NCBI GenBank assembly: GCA_002633005.1
Contig: NMRA01000129.1
Span: 214,133-278,132, forward strand
Source of the DNA: Phoronis australis
Taxonomy: Eukaryota > Animalia > Phoronida
Direction of reading: 5' to 3'
Length of the DNA stretch: 64,000 bases
Shown here piece after piece: positions 49,418 to 62,488 of this stretch; position 1 is the first letter of the stretch, and every line of letters starts with the position of its first letter. The translations under genes were made by a program, and so were the position numbers. Under the pieces are notes generated by a model. The model was not told where the DNA came from and did no database searches. It saw nothing but the letters and a program-made list of their open reading frames with translations.

Positions 49418-50136
49418 GCGTGGGAGCTGCCAATAACTTTTGAGTGCAAAACTGCAAAAGGCAGTGAAAACCAACCAGAGGCAGAGAGCTCAACAAGTCA
49501 TCTTGCCGTGATGTCTATTTCATTTTCTGAGCATTATCTCGAGGAATAACGAATTTTCATTTCTTTGCAACACTAAAAAATCACTTGGATTAAATGTCAC
49601 CTGATTAAAAACCATGTTGAGGCCAAGTTTATAGGGTTAAGTGGTTCAAATTAAAATTATTTTTACAATGAAGGAGTCAAAACTGTTTACATGACCATCT
49701 AATGAACAATTTGCTGAAGGTCAAAAAATGTTACACCAAGGTTTACCTCACCAGAGCATTACTTTATGTTAAGACTCAATTTTAGATATCGACATGACAG
49801 TGGACTCGCATTATATAACAAACTGCAGTGCTTTATAATGTTCAATTTTAAATAAACATTTCGTTTAGCAATTCCCATTTTTTTCGAAATGATGCACAAT
49901 ATTCCTTTCTACGTTTTGTTTTTAACGAACATGAATACATTATGTTGACACTGATAATTCACCGTCCCAGTTGTCACAGTGGGTGATTTCACTCACTTCA
50001 CAGGGAACAAAAATACAAATTTGCACATGGTAAAATAAAATGCTGGTAAAGCACTAGATTTTAAATAAGCACCAGTTTGGAATAAACACTGAGTCAAAAA
50101 GTGTCATCCAAAAAATAAGCGCCCAGGCACTAATAT

Positions 50137-50200
50137 GTGACAGTAAAATATCTATTTGTGACAGTATGATATCTATTTGTGACATGAGGATATCTATCTA
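50137..50200. repeat. 21-bp tandem repeat, 3 copies
   Basis: TGTGACAGTA..ATATCTATT repeated. Confidence 0.8.
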
Positions 50201-51270
50201 TGGCAGTATTGCAAAATGATGTCAGAGGACAACAAAGATCCCATGTGCCTCAGGTTTGTGTGAGATTTACTGTGCAGAAACAGCTTATTTATGAACGATT
50301 CATATTTAGCGATACCCAAATCCAAGCTAAAAATGAATTTTCTGACTGACATTTTGTGACACAGGCAAGTTTTTTAATTTTACATATTTCTCAAATACCG
50401 AACACTGTGCATTTTTGCATTAACAGAGTCTGAATACTGACTTCCAAGTTTACCGACAAAAAGGAACTCTAGCATATTGGTAATACTACCAGTGCCCTGT
50501 TCTCACCGTCGTCGTAACCCTTAACATAGGGTTGGCTGATATACTAATTTCTCAAATTTTTTCAAGCAAAATAATTATTTTTTTACTGCCAGAAACTGGG
50601 TAATTTTTACAGTAGAACTACCAATTGAAAGCTAAATCTACTGATAGTTTCCAAGTATTTTGTCTTCTCTAAATTGTTGGTTTGGGTACAGAGAAACTTG
50701 GTTACAATGAACAGTTTCGACAAGTTTATTGTAATGAGGTTCATGACTGTATTACACGTGCAGATGAAATTGATTAACCCTGTCCTACGATAGTAATGGT
50801 GTGCAACATGGTAACAGGTAGACAATTTCCACCTGCGTGACTGACTTACCTGGATTCATTTCTTTTATGAGCTGTTTTTGTAATTGGCCAACAATTGCCT
50901 CTTGACAGTTTCATGTTGGATAATGCTGCAGCCTATCAGCTGATCAAGGGTCTTGGCCCAACTCTCATAAGTGTGTCATGTGTGACATAGTAAAGAAACA
51001 TTTAGGTTTCCATGCTACAGGGCCCACAAGTCTCAACAAACGTTTAAGGTGAATGAGCATTATTGGGGTGCTTATCTTATCCAGGTTTAGAGCAGTCCAC
51101 TAGATGTGGTTGACCCTGTATTGTGTATACGTTTGTTCAGTGTCTTGTTGGTTGCATGAACAGCTGATGGGTAGGTGAAACTGTCATAAACATAGGGTTA
51201 AATAGTTAGATGCTTCCTTTTGTTCATGTTGTCTGGATTGGCCTTTAGGGGAACTGCTGATAGGGTCAAA

Positions 51271-51410
51271 ATGTCTGTGGACCGAAATGGATTTAATCCA
51301 ACTTTTAGCTTGTTTTCCAAAATGCACATACCTCGTTCGTATTTTATTTGCGGGGAATCCAAACTGAAGTCGTGGGACTTCCAAAGTGTGAAGCATCATG
51401 AATTATACAG
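51271..51410 (+). CDS. Candidate upstream coding exon of KIDINS220 (N-terminal extension)
   Basis: ATG at 51271 reads open to a strong donor AG|gtaagg (phase 2). This is compatible with the acceptor before 55824, from which the frame is open to ATG 55867. No homology recognised. Confidence 0.35.
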
Positions 51411-53677
51411 GTAAGGAGTAAGGAGTTGTAGATGTGGGTAAGCCTTAATATATGTGACTAGTATATTCTGAAATTCAATTCGTGGTGTGTAAAATCCAAG
51501 AAGTGCAATTATCAGTTGTCAAGGGGCTGTCATTTTATTGTTCAAACAACTATTGCACTTTGCTATGCAACTTCGACCATTGTGTTAGTAGCCAAAATTG
51601 ACATGCTCTGTAATTTAAAAACAATTGTGTGCCTTGATTGGTTGTGAAGGACTTGCAAATTTCATGAAACCTTGTGTTTGCACTTTTTGTTTAGGAGTTG
51701 AATGACCTTTTGCTCCCTAGGATGTCCAAAGGTCAATCTGAAACTCATGGTTCAATAAATATACGGGGCCCAAGCTAGATGTGAGTAACTTTGGGAAAAT
51801 AGTGGGGTGTATTGGCAGTTCTTGAAAGCCTCGGCGGAGGTACAAAATTGTGCTCAAAAAGGCTTTTTGTTTGATAACAGAAAAGAGGTAAGCATTGTAC
51901 CATGTTGCGTAGTACTTAATTTGATATAGATTTTCCAGTTTTTGAACTAGATTACTCTTTGAGATAGGGACTTAAAATAGTGTACTGTAAAGTTTCTTCG
52001 CATAAGAACTCAATATGACAGAACAAGTGAAATTGTATTTTATTAAGATTTTCAACAAGAGTAAACAAGAAGACAGTTATACTTGATTACTTAAAACTTT
52101 ATATAGCACAACTGTTGTCAACAAACTGAAATTTTGAACATTTTTGGTAGTTCAGTGAGCTTCTGAATAGATGAAATCTTTGGCCTTTATATTTGTTCGA
52201 ATTGAGAAATCTTTACCATAGTTTGCTCATGTGCACAAAGTAGTGTTTGGTGCTGACTGTAACTAACATATTTTTTATTCTAACTTTTGAAACTTTCAAA
52301 TGGTTTTTACATGTCTTGAAAAGGCCTTGGTTTAGGAGCCCCAGCCTTGAGTAGTTCTTGAATTTAATTCTGACTTTGAAATTGAAAAGCCCTTTAAAGT
52401 TGAACTTGAAGTCTAATTAATTATCATTGTGATTGCTTGGCTAAATTAGTTAGAAACACACCATATAATGACGATGTGAATATGAAGTAGGTTGAAAATT
52501 GCCAAAATATTTTTAAGAACAAGCTTTGTGGCAAAAGTGATCCACTGCAAATCATTGAACCGTGTCCAGTGAGTATGGTGAGGTGGTGCTGGGAAATAAC
52601 ACTGCATGACGCGGGCTATTTGAGCCCGCGAGGTACCTCATTAGAGCAAAGATCACCTGTTTGCAGATTTTTTTGTTTTTGCAATAAACGTTGTCAATAA
52701 ATACAACTGCCTATGAAGCCTGCGCAGTAAATTCGGGCATGTTGCCCCAAATACCGGTATAATTTAATTTAAAAGTGCTCAATTTTACAAATATTACCAA
52801 AAACTGCACGACTTAGGAAGGTGAAGGGAAATTGCTTAGTTCCATTTGATAATATCAAGTAGTTACCTTAGATAATTCTGAATTTCATAAAGTTGCACCA
52901 AAGATTGATTTGTTATCTAATATCTTTGTTAGCTGACCCTTTGGCTGACCTCTGGTTCTGTCTGGGCTGGTAAATTTATCTCTTTGCAAGTTCACACCTA
53001 GAATTATTAGGTAAATTTGTTTAGCTTGAGTCCTTGTTCACCCAACAGCCTTCATGTTGATATTTAACTAGTTCTCTAATTTGAAATTTTATTTATTTTT
53101 GTTAGCTTGAACATGCTGGTAAATTTGTCTGAAAAGGTATGTTAGAGATCGTGGTAAAATCTCGTGTAAAACTTTGTCATAAAATAATGAGAATGAGAAT
53201 GAGAAGTGACAGAAATTTGTTCTAGTGCTCCACATAAATATTTCTGAAAATCTAAGTCTCTGAGAATAAGCATACACATAACTGGCAGTGATTTAGATAT
53301 ATTTTTTTAAAATTATTTCGAGACTGTAATGCACTCGTAATTAGTTGGCTGAACCACTTTTCAGCAATTGTGAAGTGAGAGCGAAGACCAAACTTCTGTC
53401 ACCCGGGCGTTGATTTGGAAAAGGGGGGGGGGCGCGTAAACGGAAAGCCATAGTTTGTTTGACTTGACACTTCTTCACTTAAAACTGCGTTTTTAAAGTT
53501 TTTGTTAATANATATTTCTGAAAATCTAAGTCTCTGAGAATAAGCATACACATAACTGGCAGTGATTTAGATATATTTTTTTAAAAATTATTTCGAGACT
53601 GTGATGCACTCGTAATTAGTTGGCTGAACCACTTTTCAGCAATTGTTAAGTGAGAGCGAAGACCAAACTTCTGTCAC

Positions 53678-54017
53678 CCGGGCGTTGATTTGGAAAAGGG
53701 GGGGGGGCGCGTAAACGGAAAGCCATAGTTTGTTTGACTTGACACTTCTTCACTTAAAACTGCGTTTTTAAAGTTTTTGTTAATAAATACATAGCTCACC
53801 AACGCCTTGTTCATTTTTATAAATGATGGATGTTCCACAAAACTGAATTTGTGACAAAAAGTTGACGCTGAATGGGCTTTCATGAGAAAAATTTCCAAAA
53901 AAATGTACTACTATCTGGACACTTGACACCGGAAGTTTAACACCCACCGGAGGGAGGGGGGAGTATTTGGCATAATTTTCTGAATAAATGGGTATTTCAT
54001 CAGGTCGCTTATCTACG
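53678..54017. mobile_element. 5'-truncated copy of the 2090-2488 MITE family
   Basis: Colinear similarity: GTAAACGGAAAG.CATAGT, TTAAAACTG.GTTTTTAAA, CACTTGACACC.GAAGTT, ending GCTTATCTACGG. Confidence 0.7.
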
Positions 54018-55866
54018 GGGGGGGGGGGNCTCTGGTATCTATTAACATTGTTGTTTGTGAGTGCTTGAATTTTGTGAAATATTATCTACTTGTACATGTG
54101 CTTGAACCTGGTCATGTTTATCTCTTATGAAATAGAACGAGGAAGTTTCACTTGTCCTGTAGTCCCCGTCCCCTACTGGTGAGGTTTTAATGAAAGATGA
54201 ACTAGAAAAGAATAAATTCTGCTAAGCTGTAATCCCTTGTTCCTTAAATGCATTAATCTCCATGTGAGGCAGGTTAAGTGGAAGCCTTCAATTCTTAAAA
54301 TAACTTGGGGGTTGAGTTCTGTTTACTTCTTGTGTAATGCAATGTGTCTGATGTGTTCCTGAAACATTCCCCTAATTTGATCTCTGCATGTGTTTTGAGC
54401 CTTGGTTGGAGTGGTGTTTGAAGAGCTCTGAGTTTTGTCTTGGGAGTGCATGTACATGAAATTAGTACAAAACATGAAGTGATCAACACTATATGGCTTG
54501 TAAGACTACTAATTCTTACTTATAAATACACTTACATTATCAAAAGGTTGATTTATGACAACACAATTATACATATGTATAAAGCACATCCATGTTTGGG
54601 TAAGATGCTTTCTGTGAAACCTGTTTGGATTTCTTTTATGGACTGGTGGTTCCACATCTCAGTAGACTAGAGTGTCTATCTACACAATTAGCGGAATGTG
54701 CCGAGATGGAGCCCCAGGATCGAGCCCGATACTTCTGACTGATTTGACGTGATATTTGGATGGGTAATTCTTGGGAGTCATTGATTTTGGCTGCATAGTG
54801 GGTGAACCTCCAGATTTTGATTTGATGATGTTTGCACATTAAATTGTGCCTAATGGTTTCACATATTTAAAGTGCCAAGGACTGGTGAGGTTGGAATTTT
54901 TCATGTTGTGTTAGTTCACTTGTTATCTTTTCTTCAAGCAAGGTCACTGCACTTTATTTTATCTGACCTTTTTGGCAAATAATTCAATATCTATTTTTAG
55001 AGCGGGTCTTTGCATTCTTTCCATTGTTATTTATTTACCTGTGGGTTTTTGTACTTTAAATTGCCATGTAATTAGGTGAAGTGAAGTCATGAAGTTCAAG
55101 CTGGTAACAATCATGCACTGTAGTGGCTGTGGATATTCCTGCGTAGTGTTATCTTGAATAAGTTGGGAACCAAGTGTCTAAGTATTTACCTGGCAAGTTA
55201 GGCAAATAAGCCAAAAGCTAATTGGATGTATGCAAAAATTAAACGTTTCCACCCCAAGCATGAGCCGAAACATTGGTGTACAAAGTTGTTTATATATCCG
55301 CTCTGCTGGCTTTTAAATTTCTGTGTGTTATGGTATAGGCATCTAAAGCTGCTTTCGCATTGGAGTTAGTCTGAAGTAGTGATGTTCTTGATACGGTAAA
55401 GTAACGTTTTGATGGACAAGAAATAGTTTAATTCGAATTGAATTTTAGCTACCCTCCAGCAACTTTATGGCTATTTTATAACAGAACAGCTTGTGGTGTA
55501 TTGTTTCTTTTTGTTTTATTATTATAAATATTAATGAATATTTTCATGAAATGGTCTTTTATTTATTCAGTGAATCAACATGCCCTTGCATTACTAGAAC
55601 ATAAAACCATGGCGTTTATGTTTATTTGGAATTGTTAAAATGCACTGTTTTGCCACATGGTTTTACGGTATATTTTCACTTGGAGGAGCTACCGGTGGAA
55701 AAAAATTATCTGAACGCATGTCCATTTCGTACTGTATAGATTTAAGTGTCAGTAAAGCTTCAGTTTAGTCTCAAGTTAAGTATAATGATTTCAGTTTGAA
55801 TTTTGACATTTTGGTTGTTTTAGTGGAAAAACAGTTCTTCCAAGACTGCCGCGAGTAAAGAGAACA

Positions 55867-58800
55867 ATGTCGACACTTAGTGGACAGAGCTTTCTGCAGC
55901 GTATCGAGGTGGGAGATATCACAGCAGTGATTAACTTACTTCAGAGCAGTAGTATTGATGTGGAAGAGAAGGATGAGGTGGGTATCTTACTGTATGTGTT
56001 CATGTTTGAGTGCCTAGAGGTTTTTTTGCAAAATTCAAGTTAATTGGCACCTGCGCTAAAGCTTCATTTTTGCACTGCACATTCTTTGTTTTATTATAAT
56101 GAACTTTCGGTTCTTCTGAAGCCCTGAATTTGCTTTTAGTATGGAACAACAGTACTCGATTTGGCGACCTGCAGTTCGCCAATGCAGATTCAGATTGCGT
56201 TTAGGCAACCTGGGAAAATCCCAAGTCGCCATGAAGTCACGGCAACGAGTATCAAAGTGAAGAAATGATTCGCTCGAAGTTCTGTTTTGGCGACCTCAGT
56301 TTTCATTTGGTGACTTTGCATTTGGTGAATCGGCACTAAGCAAAGCATCAAGCACTGAACAAGTTTTGAAATATTAAGGGTCCTAAGCGAATATACAGTT
56401 GGCAGCTTCATAGCAGCTTTAGATTTTCTTCAAGGGCTACTCTGGCAAAGAAGTAAATTGTGTCTAATTAACGTTATTGTCATTTTCAGATTGGCCAAAC
56501 GTTTCTCATGTACGCCTGCCAGCTGGGCAGTCTTACAGTGGTCAAAGAGCTGCTAGAGAAAGGAGTGGATGTCAACGTAGTGGATAACGTAAGTGATTTA
56601 CTTGCAATCCCGACGAATGAGAGACTGTCGGTGGTTTGGCACCGTTCACAATTATCCCCATGTTAACGAGTGCACAAGGCGGTCAAGTCCTGCTAGCTAA
56701 GCTTACGCCATAGATTAAATACTCCGTGATGCATCGTGCCATGTTGAAAAAATGCCGCACATGGCGCCACCTAGTTTTTATTGCCGTGGCTGGTAGTTGT
56801 TTCCATCAAAAGACATGGCAAAGAGGGGGATCGTGGCAGTCCGCTGTATTTTATTCACAATATGAAGTTTTCGGAACTTCTCCAGATGATAAGTTTTATA
56901 ATCTGCTCTAGCTCCAGCCATTGACCAGGAAGTTTCAAACATATACTGATATACAATTAGACCTGTGTATTCTACACTCGACCTTAGAAGTCAAAAAGAA
57001 GTTGTGAAGACCATAAAACCATCTCATTTCCAAAATCTAATTGATTGCTAATAGGGCAAAGACAAGCACTCATTTAAACATCACTGAAATTTGTTGACAA
57101 GAGTTGTTTACATATACACAAACATACAAACGTGAAGACACATGCACGTATTACATAAAGTCGCATAAAAAAGATGAACGAGTTTCCTTGGAATGCCAGA
57201 GGTAACAAGCATCTATTACAAAATGTTAATATGAGTTTTTATTAAAAGTAGTTCAGCAGTTACAGGTGGATGATTTTTCATTATAACAATCAAATAAATC
57301 AAACCCTACATAACCTGACTATATATCATTCCATGAGTTGTTTTGTATTAGTTTTCCATGTTTCGGTTACATAAATCAGTAACCAACGGTTCACTACTCC
57401 AAAGGTTCACTATTCTGAAAGTTCCCTACTTGAGAGTTTCACCATTCCAAAACCAGGTCCACGGCTTCAACTGACAGTTCATTACTGCCAATGTCTTCCT
57501 ACTGAGGCGGAACTTTTATATAAGAGACAGTGCAGTTAACATTGCCTAAGCATCACTACACTACTTCTATTTCAGTAAAATTTCAAGCATCAGTTGTCAG
57601 CCACTTTCACGTCTGAAGTTATATACAATAAGACTGTCATGGCTAAGTAAACTGTTATAACATATGTTATAACAGGTTAATCCTACTCATTTAAAGGCTG
57701 GAAAATCAGCCTTCTTTTAATTCACACATTGGTTGCCATTATTTATAACTTTCTATTCATTTTGTACATTGTGTTTGAACGCCAAACGAAATCTATGGTC
57801 AAGCCCTGCCTTGGTTTAAATCATTTATTACGTTGTTTTAATCAGTAAAAGCCATCTCGCTTTATTCTCTGACAGTGATTATGAATAACTTTTTAGTTAA
57901 TTCAAATGTCATTATATTTTGCAGGACAACTGGTCGGCTTTGCTCAACGCTGCCAAGGAAGGTTGTTCAGACATTGTCGTCACCCTACTAGAAGCAGGGG
58001 CAGCCATTGACCACAGGGACATGGTAATTGATATAGCCTTTTGGAGCATATGTGGTGATGAGAACCTAGATTTACATTTGTGTGACTGCGGTTTTGCCTT
58101 GAATGATTTTCGATTTCATGCGGTACTCAACTGATTCATAAAAAACAGGCTCCTTCACAAGTAATTGTATGGGCCTATATTCAGAAAATTTCCCAAGTGG
58201 AGGTTTGTAATTGGAGCCAGAGTTTACAAAATTTCATTGGAGCCGGCTTGTTTCAGGGAAGTTAAAGTGGAAGTCTGGAAGGAAAGCAGATAAAACTTAG
58301 CAGTGAATGAATTGTGGCACCATTTCCATTTGAATCGAGACGAAAAGGTTTCGTTGAATTTCCTTCAAACCCAGTAGTTTGTTCTGATTTTGTCAATGCA
58401 AATCTATGCTCTCCATCTTGTGGTAAACAGTACGCTCGTTTTAACTCATTACAGGGTGGTTGGACAGCCTTGATGTGGGCGTGTTATAAAGGGCACACCA
58501 GTGTGGTGCAGGCTCTATTGGACCGAGGGGCTAGTCCTAACAACAGGGGAGAGGTCAGTCATGGTCGTCTTTCAGCTTTTGCTATGATTGGAATACAATA
58601 TCTTTGCACGTATACAGTACATTTAAAAAAAGGTTGACCGATTACGTGGAAGTTCATCCGGTTTTGTTGAAGTTTTGGCGAAAAACAAGAAGGAAAAGAC
58701 AAAAAGTAACACTAACAAGATTGTATTTCAATATTTCATCTGAAATTTTTTATTCGTAATTTCACTGAAAAGAAATATTGTCAACCTTTTAAAAAATACA

Positions 58801-61699
58801 GATTGTCAAACTGAATTCTGGGGTCTTTGTCAATGATGTTGAATGTCAAGAGAAAACCCGATGACTGTTTCTTCACAGAATGTAATCAACACCCCGTCTG
58901 TTACGCAGAGCTGCTTTTGGTGCATTTTTGCTCTGTTGATTTTGCCTGAACTAATTCTCACCGACGACATGATCAGAGATGAACGCGACAAAGATTTATC
59001 TATGTTTTATGTGTTGTAAACTTTAACTGAAATCTTGACACTCTTCAGTTTCTTATGATTAAAGCAAGCCTCTGTTTGGCTTGTTCCGTGTGTTTGTCTT
59101 ATTCTTTTAATTGAATGGTGTCTGAAGCAACGGCTGCTATAAAGAATTAATTATAGTTGATGGGCTTAATGGCCGTACATCTTGACAATCACACCTTTTT
59201 CAGCATCGTGTACCTGCCATCATCTGGGCTGCTGGTCGGGGTCATGCTGAGATAGTGCGTCTTCTGCTAAACTTTGGAGCCAAAGTGAACACCTGTGACA
59301 GGGTATGTGCATCTATGCAATGCGTATTAGCTTAAATATCTGCACGACTGTAGTAAGAATTTAACTGAGCAAAAGTTTTTAGTTTTCGATTGTGAAGAGG
59401 CTGTAGAATTTGATTTTTGTGTTTTGCTGTTGTTTGGGTCACAGGACCATGTCTTTTTTAATACAGAAGCAAAAAAGGAAGTACATTCACATCAAAACAA
59501 GGGTATCTCCAACATGACTTAAGTTTTCGTGTTCAAGATGAAATTTCAAAATAACAGTTTCCTAAATTATCTTTTCGTTAACATTTGATGCAACCTAAAG
59601 AGGACAATAATTATGCTTTGCTGTACAATTTACGGGGCATAGAACTCATTCTAACTCTCTGTTGTAGTACGGGACTACACCGCTCATCTGGGCGGCCAGG
59701 AAAGGCTTTTGTCGCGTAGTTGATATTCTGTTGGCAGAGGGAGCTAACGTTGATACTGCTGGCATGGTATGTAACTACGGAGAATGGGAAAGTTTGATTG
59801 TGTGTAAGAACGTGCCGGTAATTTCCACACACACACAGCCCCCCTTAATAAAGCCAGTTGGGCCTCTGTATATAATTTTTGTTATAGTCCCATGGGTTGA
59901 CTTTTGCTGTCATTGTGTAGTCTGTAGGGTTTCCCAAAGTGAATATGATCAGGGAGTGTCAAACAAAGATATAGGTTGTATCAGCATGTTTGTGTGTTGT
60001 CTACAAAATTAGATTTACTTATGGCACCTTTGGTACCATAAACTCTCATTACTGCAGAATTGATACTGACTCATTTATAAGCCCGCTGTATCCGACAGTA
60101 TGCCCGCACTTATGTTTAAGTTGCTACAAAGGTAAGAATGTGGCATTTTCTAAATAGTTATATGCCCTGGGGCAACAACGAATAAAAACAATTTTGTTCC
60201 TAAGTAACTGAAGATTTACTGAAAAGCTGTGTCATTTCATCCTTTAATTGCTAAGTGCCCATTAGTCTACGAGTGCTATGATCCGCATGTCAGTGGCCTT
60301 CATGCATTGCACCTCGAAATAAAGTTGTCACATATTCGTTGAAACTGGCGTGAACGATGAAGGAACAATGAACCGTTATTGTTCTTGTGTTGCAGAACTC
60401 ATGGACTGCCCTGCTGATGGCCTGTAAGGGTGGCTATACAGACTGTGTGCGCTCAATACTGGAACACAATCCCAATGTGAACGCCATGGACAAGGTGACG
60501 CCATCTTTTGAGCAAATGCAGTCTTCTTTGTGACCTCTCTTTTACTCCCTTGTACCATACATTCATGACCTGCCTATAGTTTCTATTGCCTCTCTAGCAC
60601 TCACTTGAAGAAGAACTGTTCATACTAGAAAGCTAGTGCTTTTATTTTTATTTGTATTTTGTATGGGAGAATAAAGTTGCATTTTACACCACGTGTATAC
60701 GGTTTCACTACATTAAATGTGATTGTTTTATCTGTTGCATTGTTTGTTGAGTCGACTTTTGCTGTCTGTGTGCAGGATGGTTTAACTGGACTGGCAATTG
60801 CTGCCAAGGATGGTCATGTGGAAATTGTTAAGGATCTGTTAGGCAAGGGGGCTTATGTCAATGTTACTGAGAGGGTGAGTTGAGCAACTGGTAACCCTGG
60901 TAACCGTTACATTGCTGTGTACTCTGCCACATCTAAGTGAAAATGTCAGTTATTTACCCATTTTAGGCGGCTTAAAAATATTTTACAAAGATGGCTTCCT
61001 TACACAAGTGGTACGTTAACAGGGCTGCTAACTGTTAAAGGTTGAGCTGTCAAATTCTATGTACTTTTAGGGTCTAGAAATAGATGCATAATGGGCTATG
61101 AAATGTTGCAGACTTAAAGCGTTCATTCCTCTTTAAAAGTCAGCTGAAAGTAAAAAATTAATACGTTTTGCAGCTAGCAAAACTGTTAAGATGGGCAGCC
61201 TTCAGTTATGTATTACATCATTTGTGTCTGTCCCTCAGCTTTAGTGGTGGTGTTATGGTCGACAGTGCTAGTGGTGATTTGTACAACCAATAACACAAGC
61301 ATGATCTAAAGAGTTTGTAATACACTGTTTGCAATTATTGAAACCGATCAAGTTATGAAATAGAGCAATTTAAAGTTACAGTTGAAACTTGTAAATTGTC
61401 AGGAAACTTGACAGGGTAATGAAGATATTCAACATCCAGTTCAGCAGAAGTCAGCCAAATTATCCCGCTATAGCTATATCCAGGCACCTGTTTGAATGAA
61501 TGCTTCGTAACTAAGAGTTGGATTAAAAAGTATAATTTAAATTAAATTACAAGCAAAACTCATTAGTAGCATAGTCATGCTGTCTCTTCTGGTGTTGCAG
61601 GATAATGACTCGATATTGATCCGTGCAGTACGAGGCGGACATTATGAAATAGTCCAAGCTCTTTTAGGCAAGTCTGCCGATGTGGATCATGTTGGAGCT
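55867..61699 (+). CDS. KIDINS220: Kinase D-interacting substrate of 220 kDa (ARMS), N-terminal ankyrin-repeat region; 3' partial
   Basis: Exons 55867-55977, 56490-56588, 57925-58023, 58455-58553, 59204-59302, 59668-59766, 60396-60494, 60776-60874, 61601-61699, all phase 0. Peptides [69 protein letters not shown] follow the order of KIDINS220 ankyrin repeats. The gene continues past the window. Confidence 0.94.
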
Positions 61700-61711
61700 G
61701 TAAGTAGTCCT

Positions 61712-62282
61712 GTTGTCATCATGTTGTCATCATGTTGTGTTGTGTTGTGGTTGTGGTTGTGTTGTGGTCGGGGTTGTGGTCGTGGTTGAGTTGTCGTGGT
61801 TGTGTTATGGTCATGTGTTGTGTTGTGTTGTGGTCATGGTTGTGTTGTGGTCGTGGTGGAGTTGTGGTCAGGGTGGTGTTGTGGTCGTGGTGGTGTTGTG
61901 GTCATTGTTGCGGTTGTGTTATGGTTGTGATTGTGTTGTGGTTGTGTTCATGGTAGTGTTGTGATCGTGGTTGTGTTGTGGTCATGGTCATGGTTGTGCT
62001 TATGTTGTAGTTGTGTTGTGGTCGTGGCTATGATTGTGTTGTGGCCGTGGTTGTGTTGTGATTGTGATTTTGTAACGGTTGTAGTTGTGGTGTGGTCGTG
62101 GTTATGGTGTGATCGTGGTTGTTGTGTGGTCATGGTGGGGTCATGGTCTTGGTTGTGATTGTGGTTGTGTTTTGGTCGTGGTCGGGGTTGTGTTGCGGTC
62201 AGGTTGTGTCATGGTCATGGTTGTGTCGTGGTTGTGTTGTGGTCGTGATTGTGATTGTGCTGGTGTTATGGTCATGGTTCTG
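61712..62282. repeat. Low-complexity GT-rich repeat (GTTGT/GTGGT/GTCAT)
   Basis: Degenerate 5-6-mer array in a KIDINS220 intron. Confidence 0.9.
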
Positions 62283-62488
62283 GCTAATGACATGTTGTGC
62301 CTGGTGCCAAGTTTTTGACCAGTCTAATGAAGTAGTAACTGCAATTTTTGTTCGTGTGGCCTGCAGCTTGTCCTTGGTGTGTTAGCATCAATTATAGAAG
62401 GTGTTAAGAAAAAATGAGAGTGCCAAATTTTTTATTGCAGGGTTAACTGTAGAGTGGTTTCTTTTGTTACGATGACCTCTTAAAATTG

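Noticed and set aside
50846-50930. ACTTACCTGG as a U1 snRNA 5' end or an antisense exon donor
   Set aside because: Only 10 nt match U1, the rest of U1 is absent, and no linked antisense exon chain was found.
53238-53785. 273-bp tandem duplication
   Set aside because: Copies flank a single N (53511) and differ at few sites; most likely two haplotypes joined in scaffolding.
61713-62385. Cys/Val/His-rich ORFs
   Set aside because: Translations of a low-complexity GT-rich repeat.
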